From NCBI RefSeq assembly GCF_059719365.1, contig NZ_AP045814.1: a stretch of 24,000 bases of DNA; one strand, given 5' to 3'. Within the stretch, counting starts at the first letter, position 1; each line of letters begins with the position of its first letter. Made by a program: the position numbers and the translations under genes. The notes below the pieces were generated by a model. The model was given only the letters and a program-made list of their open reading frames with translations, did not search any database and had not been told where the DNA came from. This document shows, piece after piece, positions 11,081-22,444 of the stretch.

Positions 11081-13302
11081 AGCGTTGGCTCCCCCGGCGG
11101 CAACGGTTCAGCCGGGGCCGCGCCCGGAGCTGGCAGCACCTGATAAGTCTGCACCGGCGCGCGAACACCCGCCAGGTCGAAATGTTTTTTCACCTGGCTG
11201 TCGAGGGCAAAGCGGACCGTCCACTGTTTGAGTGGCAGCGTGGTGAACGAAACACGCAGTGTAAACGCGGTATTGCTTAAGCCGACAATCCCGGCAAAGT
11301 TCGGTTCACCAATAACCAGCCCGCGAATTTCTTCGTTTTCCATCAATTCTGCTACCGCATCTTTCAGTGCCTGATTGGCTTTATCAGCATCTTCATGGCG
11401 ATCAACATCGTAGTTTGCCACTACCGAACCAATACCGCGGACGAAGTTAGCAAAGGTGGTTATCGAAGACCACGGAATGATGTGATACGCCCCGGTATCC
11501 TGGCGCACGCCCACGGAGCGAATCGACATCCGTTCCACAGTGCCGGTCAACGGCCCGATAGTCACCAAATCTCCAGTGTTCATGCCGTTTTCAAACTGAA
11601 TAAATACTCCGGTAATAATATCTTTCACCAGCGTTTGCGAACCAAACGAGATAGCCAGACCTAATGCCCCGGCACCTGCCAGCAATGGCGCGATATTGAC
11701 GCCGATTTCCGACAACACAATCATGATGGTGATGGTACTGATAATCACCGCCAGCGCGTTACGGAACAGCGTCAGCAGGGTTCGCGTACGGGCGCTGGGT
11801 AGCGGGCGGCCATGAATATCCGAAGCCAGCCGGTTTTCTATCAAACTGGCGAGCACCGTCCAGCCAACCGCCGAGAAGAAAAGAATGAGTGCGATACGGA
11901 TCAGGATATCTACGGTTTTCTGCCCCGCGCCGTTTTGCAGCCAGTTCCAGAAATCGAACAATCCCCATGCGCTCAACAGCAGCATTACCGCCACGCAGAC
12001 TGTCAGAATACGCGCTGTTTTCAGTGCCGCCGAAAGCCAGCCATTCAGCCGTTTTTGCAGCTCCGGATAATTTCGCTGAGTATGTGGCGAGAGGGTGATG
12101 GTTTTCGCCAGCCAGCGGGAAAACATACCGGAAACAAATGCTGCGATACCAATAATCGCCAGGCTGCGCACCGTTGCACCCATCATAAATTTCAGGCTGT
12201 TGCCCGGATCGAACAACGAAAAGAAAAACAGCACGATAAAATAGGCGCTTGCCAGCCAGTGCCACACCAGCGCAAAGGCGCGGATAAACAGGCTGAAAAA
12301 GGCCAGCGAATGCTCCGCAAAGTTGAGCAAATGCTGGGTGATCTCTTTTTTATTACGAAAAATCAGGTACAACGCCCAGACGGTCATGCACAGCATAATG
12401 ATGACGTTCGCCAGCGCACCTATCTGTACATTCACCTGATTAGAGATAATCGGCACAGCCACAATCAGACCATAGCCAATCAGGCTGCTTAACCAGCTCA
12501 GGCGACGACTCCAGTAACGGGCGGTCTCGTCATGAATCGTGAACGGGCGCAGTTCAGCTACGTTTGGGCAAAAAATCAGGCGTAGTACGGCTTTGAAAAA
12601 TTCAATCAGGGCAAAGGCGTTGAGAAACAAACTTTGTTGGAAAGCGATAGTGCGACTGCCCGCATTCAGGTTGTCGCTTAATACCTGGCCGACAAATAAT
12701 GTCAGTGCCAGTAACAGCAGGTCGATAATAAACGCCCCGATGATCATCGCCGGAAGCTGCAACCAGTTACTGCGCTCACGATTTTTTTGCCGCGCCCACT
12801 GGCCCATTTTGCGATACAGCGGCAGTGCGCACAGACGAATCAGCCAGTAAAAACCAAACACTAATACCGCTAACATTGAAAAGTGGGTCAGCGCATTGCT
12901 GAAGGTTTGTGGATTAAACGGCTTATGCGGGGAGCCGGTGATATTGCGATAAAGTTGCCCGAAGCGGGCGGAAAGGGCTTCACCATAATGGCGGCTGACT
13001 TCGGTGACTTTTTGCAGCACGGTTTGCTCTTCAACCAGCGTCGGCGGCACGATCTTCGGTACGGGTTCCGCAGGAGGCGTAGCGGCGACGGTGCGCAACT
13101 GGTCGATCAACTCTTTACGCGAGGTGTCATTATCCAGCACATCCGCCAGTGCGCCATAGGCCGCTTTTTTTTGTTCGATATCCGGTTCCGGGGCCGGTTC
13201 AGTCGTTGAGTCCGTTGTCGTTGTGGTTGTAACGCCGGGTATGGATACCGCGTGGGCAGGTGCGCCCAACAGGCAGAAGAGGATGAACAGGATCCACCGC
13301 AT
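11077..13302 (-). CDS. ybiO: MscS-family mechanosensitive channel YbiO
   Basis: 741 aa from [18 protein letters not shown] (signal peptide), multiple TM helices, MscS signature [31 protein letters not shown]. Confidence 0.95.
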
Positions 13303-13418
13303 GACTCCTCCAGTGAGAAAACAGAGCAAAAAGATAAGTATAGATGCTGGGGGAGAGGCGATTTTAAATGAGAGGAATCTGGTGTGCCTCCCTTTCGGGG
13401 GAAAGGGAGGCAGAGAAG

Positions 13419-14141
13419 TTAAGAGACGTGCTGCAAAAATTCCTGCAAGCGCTGGCTCGGCGGGTTCTTGATCAACACCTGCGGATCGCCATCTTCTGCA
13501 ATCCGGCCTTTGTCGATAAAGATCAGGCGCGAAGCTACTTTCTCGGCAAAACCGATTTCGTGGGTCACGATCACCATCGTCATCCCTTCTTCAGCCAGAT
13601 CCTGCATAACCTTCAGCACTTCATGGCGCAGTTCCGGGTCAAGAGCGGAAGTCGGTTCATCAAACAGCATCATTTTCGGCTTCACCGCCAGCGCGCGGGC
13701 AATCGCCACACGCTGCTGTTGACCACCAGAAAGTTCGGAAGGGTAGTGATGTGCACGCTCTGCCAGACCGACTTTCGCCAGCAGCTCACGCGCCAGTTTT
13801 TCCGCCTCTTCTTTATTCGCGCCACGCACGCGTAGCGGGCCAAACATGACGTTTTCCAGCGCCGTCAGATGCGGGAAGAGGTAAAACTGCTGGAACACCA
13901 TACCCGCTTCCTGGCGAATCAGGCGCTCATCAACTTTCGGATCGTTAACCTTCAGGCCATCGACAATCAGATCGCCGGAGGTGATTTCTTCCAGTTTGTT
14001 GATGCAGCGCAGCAGGGTCGATTTACCGGAACCGGACGGCCCGATAATCACCACGACTTCGCCCTGAGCAATGTTCAAATCGATATTGTGCAGCACCTGG
14101 GTTGGACCAAAATGCTTGGAGACGTTTTTAAATTCAATCAC
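13419..14141 (-). CDS. glnQ: Glutamine ABC transporter ATPase GlnQ
   Basis: 240 aa; Walker [10 protein letters not shown], signature [15 protein letters not shown], Walker [14 protein letters not shown]. Confidence 0.98.
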
Positions 14142-14797
14142 AGGATTTTCATCCTTCTTTCCAGACGACGCAGAATAAAGCTCAGCACCAGGGTAATAAT
14201 CAGATAGAACACCGCCACGGCGCTCCAGATCTCAAGGGCGCGGAAGTTACCGGCAATAATTTCTTGCCCCTGACGGGTCAGTTCCGCCACGCCGATAACA
14301 ATAAACAGCGAAGTGTCTTTAATGCTGATGATCCACTGGTTACCCAGCGGCGGCAGCATACGACGCAGTGCCAGCGGTAAAATGACGTAGCGAATGGTTT
14401 CCCAACGTGAAAGACCGAGCGCCAGTCCTGCTTCACGAAAACCTTTGTGAATAGACAGCACCGCACCACGCGTGATTTCCGCAATGTACGCGCCGGAGTT
14501 GATCATGATGGTGACCACCGCCGCAGTAAACGGGTCGATGCGTAAATCGTTAAACGCCATCGGCAGGGCGAAATAGATAAACATCACCTGGACGACGATA
14601 GGTGTGCCGCGGATCACTTCAATAAAGACCAGCGCGACGTGGTTGGCTATCCAACCACCGAAGGTGCGTGCAAAACCTGCCAACAATCCGATCACCAGAC
14701 CGCCAGCCAGACCGAGGACCGAAATCCACAGGGTCATTTTGGCACCTTCAATCAGAAGCGGAATGGCAGGCCAGATGGCACTCCAGTCAAACTGCAT
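14138..14797 (-). CDS. glnP: Glutamine ABC transporter permease GlnP
   Basis: 219 aa with His/Glu/Gln permease motifs; 4-bp ATGA-type overlap with glnQ. Confidence 0.98.
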
Positions 14798-14881
14798 ATG
14801 TTGTTCCTGTTACCGTGGTGTAAATAATCAAATTCAGGGTAATTAATGGCCCCGGAGCGGGTTTGCGCCCTTCACCCTAAT

Positions 14882-14902
14882 CCTCTCCCCGGCGGGGAGA
14901 GG
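14882..14902. repeat. GC-rich stem-loop in the glnH-glnP gap (resembles a Box C-type intergenic repeat)
   Basis: CCTCTCCCC ggc GGGGAGAGG, 9-bp perfect arms with 3-nt loop, preceded by CCCTTCACCCTAAT. Confidence 0.5.
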
Positions 14903-14935
14903 GAACTGCCAGTGCGCTTTACAGGCGCCGCGTTA

Positions 14936-15697
<762 letters not shown>

Positions 15698-15736
15698 CTA
15701 TCCACGGGACGATCCCCTGCGTGACATTCACATATA

Positions 15737-15752
15737 TGAAAAAATCGTGCCA
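15737..15752 (-). promoter_or_regulatory. Sigma-54 promoter of glnHPQ (glnHp2)
   Basis: Minus strand TGGCACGATTTTTTCA matches the -24/-12 pattern TGGCAC-N5-TTGCA. Confidence 0.8.
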
Positions 15753-15839
15753 GTTTTGCAACTCATTGATTTTTCGAGATGCGGCAAAAACGTGATGCAC
15801 GATTTATAGGGCAATACCCTGAAGATGCACCATTCTGGG

Positions 15840-15854
15840 GCACCAAACTGGTGC
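15840..15854 (-). promoter_or_regulatory. NtrC-binding site upstream of glnHPQ
   Basis: GCACCAAACTGGTGC palindrome about 90 bp upstream of the sigma-54 promoter; nearby partial site at TGCACCATTCTGGGGC (15826-15841). Confidence 0.7.
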
Positions 15855-16022
15855 GCTAAAATTGTGCACTCAACACAGTGATTATTTAGCGTAAAACCTG
15901 ATGAAAAAACAATCTTTATGTAACGATTGTGTGATGATGTGGATACAAAAAATTTACTTAACCAGCTGGTGATAGCAGATGGATGCACTAAATAAGTGCG
16001 TTGAGGCGGGCTACAAAACAAA

Positions 16023-16050
16023 ACGGCCTCCTGTCAGGAAGCCGCTTTTA
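16023..16050 (-). terminator. Terminator of dps
   Basis: Minus strand AAAAGCGGCTTCCTGACAGGAGGCCGTTTTGTTTTG: stem-loop plus T-rich tract 36 bp after the dps stop. Confidence 0.8.
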
Positions 16051-16085
16051 TCGTGTACTAAAGTTCTGCACCATCAGCGATGGAT

Positions 16086-16763
<678 letters not shown>

Positions 16764-16888
16764 TTATTTGCTCGCCAGGAATTTTCGGAATAAATATGCT
16801 TTTGCATAATTCGATATATAAAGACGGCGTAGAGGAAAAGTAGCGAGAAAATCTGCATGGTTATGCATAACCATGCAGAAATGTAAAT

Positions 16889-17776
16889 TTAATTTATGTC
16901 TAATTCTTTTATTTTGCTCTCTTTGCGTACTGTCAGCGTAGAACCCATTGAAGCGGCGATGATAGCGCCGAGCGCCAGCAGCTGTATGGGTGTCAGTGTT
17001 TCTCCGAGGAAAATCATCCCGGAAACGGCAGCCAGCGCAGGTTCCATGCTCATTAGCGTACCAAATGTGCGTGTTGGCAAACGGGTGAGGGCAATCATTT
17101 CCAGCGAATAAGGCAGAGCGGTCGAGAGAATAGCGACAGCCAGACCCAATGGAATAACCGACCAGTGCCAGAGTGCTTCACCAGCCTGAAGCGCTCCAAT
17201 TGGCACGAAAATTAACGCTGCAATCAACGAACCAATTGCCACCGTCGCAGGACCATGTTCCGCTCCAGCGCGTTGCCCACTTAAAATGTAAATAGCCCAA
17301 CAAGCCCCGGCCCCCAGTGCCAGTGCACAGCCGGTTAAATCGACATGGGAAACGTCTTGCCCCAGCGGTAGCAGGAACCACAGACCAAGAACCGCCAGCA
17401 CAACCCAGACGAAATCTACCGGGCGACGAGAAGAGAACAGTGCCACCGCCAGTGGTCCGGTGAACTCCAGCGCCACCGCAATACCCAGCGGTACCGTCTG
17501 AATAGAAAGATAAAAAAGATAATTCATTCCACCCAGCGAAACGCCGTAAAACAACAGCGGTAATCGTTGCTCTTTGGCAAAGCGCAGTCGCCATGGCTTA
17601 AAGAACGCGATGAGGATCAGCGTGCCTAATGCCAGACGCAGCGCAGTGACCCCCGGTGCGCCCACCAGAGGAAAAAGTGACTTAGCTAACGAGGCTCCAC
17701 CCTGAATAGACGCCATGGCAACGAGCAATATGACTATTGGTAACCAGACCGGCATTTTACGTAATGAACCAGGCAT
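16889..17776 (-). CDS. rhtA: Threonine/homoserine exporter RhtA (EamA family)
   Basis: 295 aa from MPGSLRKMPVWLPIVILLVAMASIQGG; ten-TM EamA/DMT family pattern. Confidence 0.95.
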   Translation of the reverse strand: MPGSLRKMPVWLPIVILLVAMASIQGGASLAKSLFPLVGAPGVTALRLALGTLILIAFFKPWRLRFAKEQRLPLLFYGVSLGGMNYLFYLSIQTVPLGIAVALEFTGPLAVALFSSRRPVDFVWVVLAVLGLWFLLPLGQDVSHVDLTGCALALGAGACWAIYILSGQRAGAEHGPATVAIGSLIAALIFVPIGALQAGEALWHWSVIPLGLAVAILSTALPYSLEMIALTRLPTRTFGTLMSMEPALAAVSGMIFLGETLTPIQLLALGAIIAASMGSTLTVRKESKIKELDIN

Positions 17777-18128
17777 CCTTTCTCCCACAAATATCTAAAC
17801 CTAAGTAAAGCGTGGAGTGTACTGGATATACCCAATGCTGGTTGAGCATTTGTTGAAAAAATTTTCCCCCGTTTTGACTAAAATGCGCCAGGATTGATGG
17901 AATCATTAGTCTGGTGATTAGGAATAATCTGGATGAATGACAGGGAAAACATGCGTAATACTTACGCAGTTCTCTGAAAAAGTGATTTAAATTTAGATGG
18001 ATAGCGGTGTATGGAAACGTTCTGTTACATGAAATGGCCCGTTAGACATCATAAATCGCGAAGAGTTTCCCATTAATTTTTGATATATTTAAAACTTAGG
18101 ACTTATTTGAATCACATTTGAGGTGGTT

Positions 18129-18644
18129 ATGAAAAAAATTGCATGTCTTTCAGCACTGGCCGCAGTTCTGGCTTTCACCGCAGGTACTTCCGTAGCTGCG
18201 ACTTCTACTGTAACTGGCGGTTACGCACAGAGCGACGCTCAGGGCCAAATGAACAAAATGGGCGGTTTCAACCTGAAATACCGCTATGAAGAAGACAACA
18301 GCCCGCTGGGTGTGATCGGTTCTTTCACTTACACCGAGAAAAGCCGTACTGCAAGCTCTGGTGACTACAACAAAAACCAGTACTACGGCATCACTGCTGG
18401 TCCGGCTTACCGCATTAACGACTGGGCAAGCATCTACGGTGTAGTGGGTGTGGGTTATGGTAAATTCCAGACCACTGAATACCCGACCTACAAACACGAC
18501 ACCAGCGACTACGGTTTCTCCTACGGTGCTGGTCTGCAGTTCAACCCGATGGAAAACGTTGCTCTGGACTTCTCTTACGAGCAGAGCCGTATTCGTAGCG
18601 TTGACGTAGGCACCTGGATTGCCGGTGTTGGTTACCGTTTCTAA
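18129..18644 (+). CDS. ompX: Outer-membrane protein OmpX
   Basis: 171 aa from MKKIACLSALAAVLAFTAGTSVAATST; Ail/OmpX 8-stranded barrel ending VGYRF; GAGGTGGTT RBS region upstream. Confidence 0.98.
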   Translation: MKKIACLSALAAVLAFTAGTSVAATSTVTGGYAQSDAQGQMNKMGGFNLKYRYEEDNSPLGVIGSFTYTEKSRTASSGDYNKNQYYGITAGPAYRINDWASIYGVVGVGYGKFQTTEYPTYKHDTSDYGFSYGAGLQFNPMENVALDFSYEQSRIRSVDVGTWIAGVGYRF

Positions 18645-18660
18645 TCACTTCGGTGATATA

Positions 18661-18689
18661 AAAATCCGCCTCTCGGGGCGGATTTTTTT
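18661..18689 (+). terminator. Terminator of ompX
   Basis: AAAATCCGCC tctcg GGGCGGATTTTTTT stem-loop with T7 run, 16 bp after stop; A-rich opposite flank could make it bidirectional with ybiP. Confidence 0.9.
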
Positions 18690-18692
18690 GTT

Positions 18693-20276
18693 TTAAGGTT
18701 TCGGGTCGAAATTATCGGTTCCGAGATGGTTGTAATCCACCTTCTGTAACTGGAAGTTGGTGATGTATATCGGCCCGGCTTTCTTCTCAGAAATAAACGG
18801 GTATTTGATATTTATTTCCTTCGCTTTAATTCCCGTCCACTGCGAGAAAAAGCCTAAGAAGTCATTGGCAGAGCGGCGGGCTTTAATCACCCGATGCGCT
18901 TTATCGTCGCTGGAAATGACCATAAAAGGCACCTGGAAATTTTGCTGATACTTATCATCATGAGCAAGGTATTGCACGTCTTTGCCGCGCTCTTTAAAGG
19001 CCAGACCGTGGTCAGAAAAGTAAACCAGCGAGAAGCTGCTGCCGCTGTTGCGTAACTGATCGTACAGCTTGCGCAGTAAATCGTCTGTTTGCGTCATGGT
19101 ATAGAGATAGCACGACGTTTCTTTCGATTGCACAAAGGTTTCGTATTTTCCTTGTGTCCGGTCGCAGGCCTGCGGATGCGAGCCCATCAGATGTAGAACA
19201 ATCAGCTGTGGTTGCGAGTGCTCTTGCGCCAGCACTTGAGCGGTCATATCCAGTAACGCTTCGTCTTTCGTGTTTTTATCTGCTTCAAAATTACCTTCTT
19301 TCAGGAAGTACACTTCATCTGCTCGTTTGGCGATGCTGGCGATGGCGGTATCGTATTCGCCGATTTGACCCTGGTTGGAAAACCACCAGGTCTGGAAGCC
19401 CGCGCGATTTGCCAGGGTGACAAAGTTATCCTGAAACTGTGGTTTGCCATCGACAACGCGATTGAGCGTTAAGCCAAGCGATTTCTGCGTCGAGCCACTG
19501 GCGGCAATGTAGTCAGCAAATATCAAACCGTTAACGCTGCTGGCAAACGGGGTATTGTCCCAGTGACCGCCAAAGGCACCGAGGGCATCGCGACGCGCGC
19601 TTTCTCCGATCACCACCACATAGGTCTGATACTTCGGCTTAACGGCAGTGACCGTCCAGGTATCTTTCATTCCGGAAAGTTTTGCCATCCGTTCTTGCTC
19701 TTCAATCACCTCGTTATTATTGACGATGACATCCTTAGCAAAACGAAATACCGGATAGCCAGTATCTTTCAGTTTAAATACGCCGCCCCAGGCCAGGTTT
19801 TGCACGGGAGCAACAAAAAATGTCGCTACACTGAATACCAGGCACAGGCTGTCGAAGGTATTCCAGCGCGCTTTTTCACTCTCTTTTTTTCGCCTGATCG
19901 CTATTACGCCGAGCGCAAAAATAAATATGCCGACCAGGTAGCTGTACCATGGAAAAATCGTCAGGATTTCGGTCGACTCTTCCATATTGGTGGAGTGCAA
20001 TGCCAGCAATGTATTGAAGTTAGGCGCGCCGTAGGCCTGAGCAAAAGGGAAATAACAAGCCGCCACCAGCGAGCTGATACCGACCAGAACTTTTTGTACG
20101 CGAGGCAATGTTCGCCATAGCAAAAGCAAAATAGCCGTAAACGCAGCGGTGTAGAGCAAACTGAAGGGGTAACCTAAGCCGAGGTTAATTAATAGCGACT
20201 GTAAAAAGTAGAACGCAGTCCACGGGCTAAATACCCGGCTACGGGTAACAAGCGATTCTTTGAGGGTTAAATTCAT
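18693..20276 (-). CDS. opgE: Phosphoethanolamine transferase YbiP (OpgE-type, sulfatase/EptA family)
   Basis: 527 aa; N-terminal TM region then VVVIGESARRDALGAFG, NYHLGTDNF-like tail, PQLIVLHLMGSHP, YFSDHGLAF motifs. Confidence 0.93.
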   Translation of the reverse strand: MNLTLKESLVTRSRVFSPWTAFYFLQSLLINLGLGYPFSLLYTAAFTAILLLLWRTLPRVQKVLVGISSLVAACYFPFAQAYGAPNFNTLLALHSTNMEESTEILTIFPWYSYLVGIFIFALGVIAIRRKKESEKARWNTFDSLCLVFSVATFFVAPVQNLAWGGVFKLKDTGYPVFRFAKDVIVNNNEVIEEQERMAKLSGMKDTWTVTAVKPKYQTYVVVIGESARRDALGAFGGHWDNTPFASSVNGLIFADYIAASGSTQKSLGLTLNRVVDGKPQFQDNFVTLANRAGFQTWWFSNQGQIGEYDTAIASIAKRADEVYFLKEGNFEADKNTKDEALLDMTAQVLAQEHSQPQLIVLHLMGSHPQACDRTQGKYETFVQSKETSCYLYTMTQTDDLLRKLYDQLRNSGSSFSLVYFSDHGLAFKERGKDVQYLAHDDKYQQNFQVPFMVISSDDKAHRVIKARRSANDFLGFFSQWTGIKAKEINIKYPFISEKKAGPIYITNFQLQKVDYNHLGTDNFDPKP

Positions 20277-20547
20277 ATGCCACTATCGTAACAAACGCCA
20301 TGTGCTTACCCTGGCGTCAAGGGTCAATACCTGCAAGAGTGCGTGAAGAGGGGAAAGGGGTCCGCATCCGCGAGCCGCAATATACGCAGGGCTGCAAGAA
20401 GATAGAGCGAGCTGCTGTTCAGGTCAACTACCGACGAACAAATCTTTTGCGAAGGGGATTGCAAATCCGACAAAAAGTGGGGTTTTTCAGACCAAAACGC
20501 GTTGTGCCTGCATAAAAGCAGGAGTGAAGCGGCGTACCGCGACGCCG

Positions 20548-20676
20548 CTATTTATCGGAAGGTTTATCCTGCTGCGGTTTGTTGTTGACCATATCGCACA
20601 ACATAGAGAGCAGCATTAACCGTACTTTAAAGGGAGAATGACTAAACACGCGCATACACCTCTTGAACTCATTCAT
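20548..20676 (-). CDS. mntS: Small protein MntS (manganese homeostasis), within the RybA sRNA locus
   Basis: Minus-strand reading: MNEFKRCMRVFSHSPFKVRLMLLSMLCDMVNNKPQQDKPSDK* (42 aa), start CAT complement 20674-20676, stop TAG complement 20548-20550, GGAGG RBS upstream; matches recalled MntS. Confidence 0.92.
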   Translation of the reverse strand: MNEFKRCMRVFSHSPFKVRLMLLSMLCDMVNNKPQQDKPSDK

Positions 20677-20754
20677 AAGACCTCCTTACTTGCTAATCCC
20701 ATCGATCCTTGAGGGATGATTGCATTATATACAGATATAGCACAGGCTATATTA

Positions 20755-20772
20755 TATAGCTATTGCTAAAAC
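20755..20772 (-). promoter_or_regulatory. MntR-binding palindrome upstream of mntS
   Basis: ATATAGC ACAG GCTATAT, 7-bp perfect arms, like the E. coli MntR box (…ATAGC-N4-GCTAT…). Confidence 0.75.
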
Positions 20773-20861
20773 GTTAATTTTTTGTACCCTCGCAACTCTG
20801 GTTTACAATGTGCGCACGAAATGAGAACGCTATGTATGCGTCACCATAATGAGGAAGCACA

Positions 20862-21329
20862 ATGAGTCGTCGCGCAGGTACGCCAACAGCAAAAAAAGTG
20901 ACGCAGTTAGTGAACGTGGAAGAGCACGTTGAAGGGTTCCGCCAGGTCAGAGAGGCGCATCGGCGCGAGCTGATTGATGATTACGTTGAGCTGATTTCTG
21001 ACTTGATCAGGGAAGTGGGGGAAGCTCGTCAGGTGGACATGGCTGCTCGTCTGGGGGTTTCGCAACCGACGGTGGCTAAAATGCTTAAGCGACTGGCAAC
21101 CATGGGGCTGATTGAAATGATCCCCTGGCGTGGCGTGTTTTTAACGGCAGAAGGAGAGAAGCTGGCGCAGGAAAGCCGCGAGCGACATCAGATAGTCGAA
21201 AATTTCTTGTTGGTGTTGGGCGTCAGTCCGGAAATCGCCCGTCGCGACGCGGAAGGTATGGAGCACCATGTTAGTGAAGAGACGCTGGATGCCTTTCGTT
21301 TGTTTACCCAGAAACACGGTGCCAAATGA
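20862..21329 (+). CDS. mntR: Mn(II)-responsive transcriptional regulator MntR (DtxR family)
   Basis: 155 aa; w[42 protein letters not shown] and metal-binding C-terminal region. Confidence 0.97.
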
Positions 21330-22444
21330 GCCTGCCTTTTTTACGCACGCTGCAAGGCGATCGTTTTTTTCAGTTATTAATTCTTGTTGGCATCGGATTA
21401 AGTTTTTTCGTTCCCTTTGCACCGAAATCCTGGCCTGCTGCTATCGACTGGCACACCATCATCACCTTAAGCGGCCTGATGCTGCTGACCAAAGGTGTCG
21501 AGTTAAGCGGTTATTTTGATGTGCTGGGGCGCAAAATGGTGCGCCGTTTTGCTACGGAGCGTCGGCTGGCGATGTTTATGGTACTGGCGGCAGCGCTGCT
21601 TTCTACCTTTCTGACCAACGATGTCGCACTGTTTATAGTTGTTCCGCTGACTATCACGCTAAAAAGACTGTGTGAGATTCCGGTTAATCGGCTGATTATT
21701 TTTGAGGCGCTGGCAGTCAACGCTGGTTCGCTACTGACGCCAATTGGCAACCCGCAAAATATTCTTATCTGGGGACGTTCTGGTCTTTCGTTTGCCGGAT
21801 TTATTGCCCAAATGGCACCGCTGGCTGGCGCAATGATGCTGACACTCCTGCTGTTGTGCTGGTGTTGTTTCCCTGGAAAGGCGCTGCAATACCATACGGG
21901 GGTGCAAACGCCGGAGTGGAAACCGCGGCTGGTGTGGAGTTGTCTGGGGCTGTATATCGTCTTTCTGACGGCGCTGGAGTTAAAACAAGAGCTGTGGGGA
22001 CTGGTGATTGTGGCGGCGGGCTTTGCGCTGCTGGCGCGTCGTGTGGTGCTCAGTGTGGACTGGACGCTGCTGCTGGTGTTTATGGCGATGTTTATCGACG
22101 TCCATTTACTAACCCAACTGCCAGTTTTGCAGGGGGTGTTAAGTAACGTGAGTCATTTATCCGAACCCGGATTATGGTTAACGGCGATCGGTTTATCGCA
22201 GGTGATCAGTAACGTGCCGAGTACCATTTTGCTGCTCAATTATGTGCCACCGTCTTTATTACTGGCATGGGCGGTAAACGTGGGGGGCTTTGGTTTATTA
22301 CCCGGATCGCTGGCAAATTTGATTGCGTTACGGATGGCGAACGATCGCCGTATCTGGTGGCGTTTTCATCTTTATTCGATACCGATGCTGTTGTGGGCGG
22401 CGCTGGTGGGATATGTTTTGTTGGTTATGATCCCGGCGGGATAA
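21326..22444 (+). CDS. ybiR: YbiR, inner-membrane anion-permease (ArsB/NhaD-like) family transporter
   Basis: 372 aa multi-TM protein with [19 protein letters not shown] and [14 protein letters not shown] motifs; 4-bp overlap with mntR. Confidence 0.92.

Noticed and set aside
11759-12492. 168-aa and 226-aa ORFs overlapping ybiO
   Set aside because: Shadow ORFs from a GC-rich TM-encoding gene.
13368-13835. 155-aa + ORF antisense to glnQ
   Set aside because: Shadow ORF; glnQ has complete ABC motifs on the other strand.
18150-18497. 115-aa ORF antisense to ompX
   Set aside because: No start context or family; highly conserved OmpX codons explain the open frame.
19563-20120. 185-aa + ORF antisense to ybiP
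   Set aside because: Shadow ORF over a conserved phosphoethanolamine transferase.
20300-20515. 71-aa + ORF between ybiP and mntS
   Set aside because: No recognisable homology or good RBS; the interval is more likely untranslated DNA downstream of mntS/RybA and the ybiP promoter.
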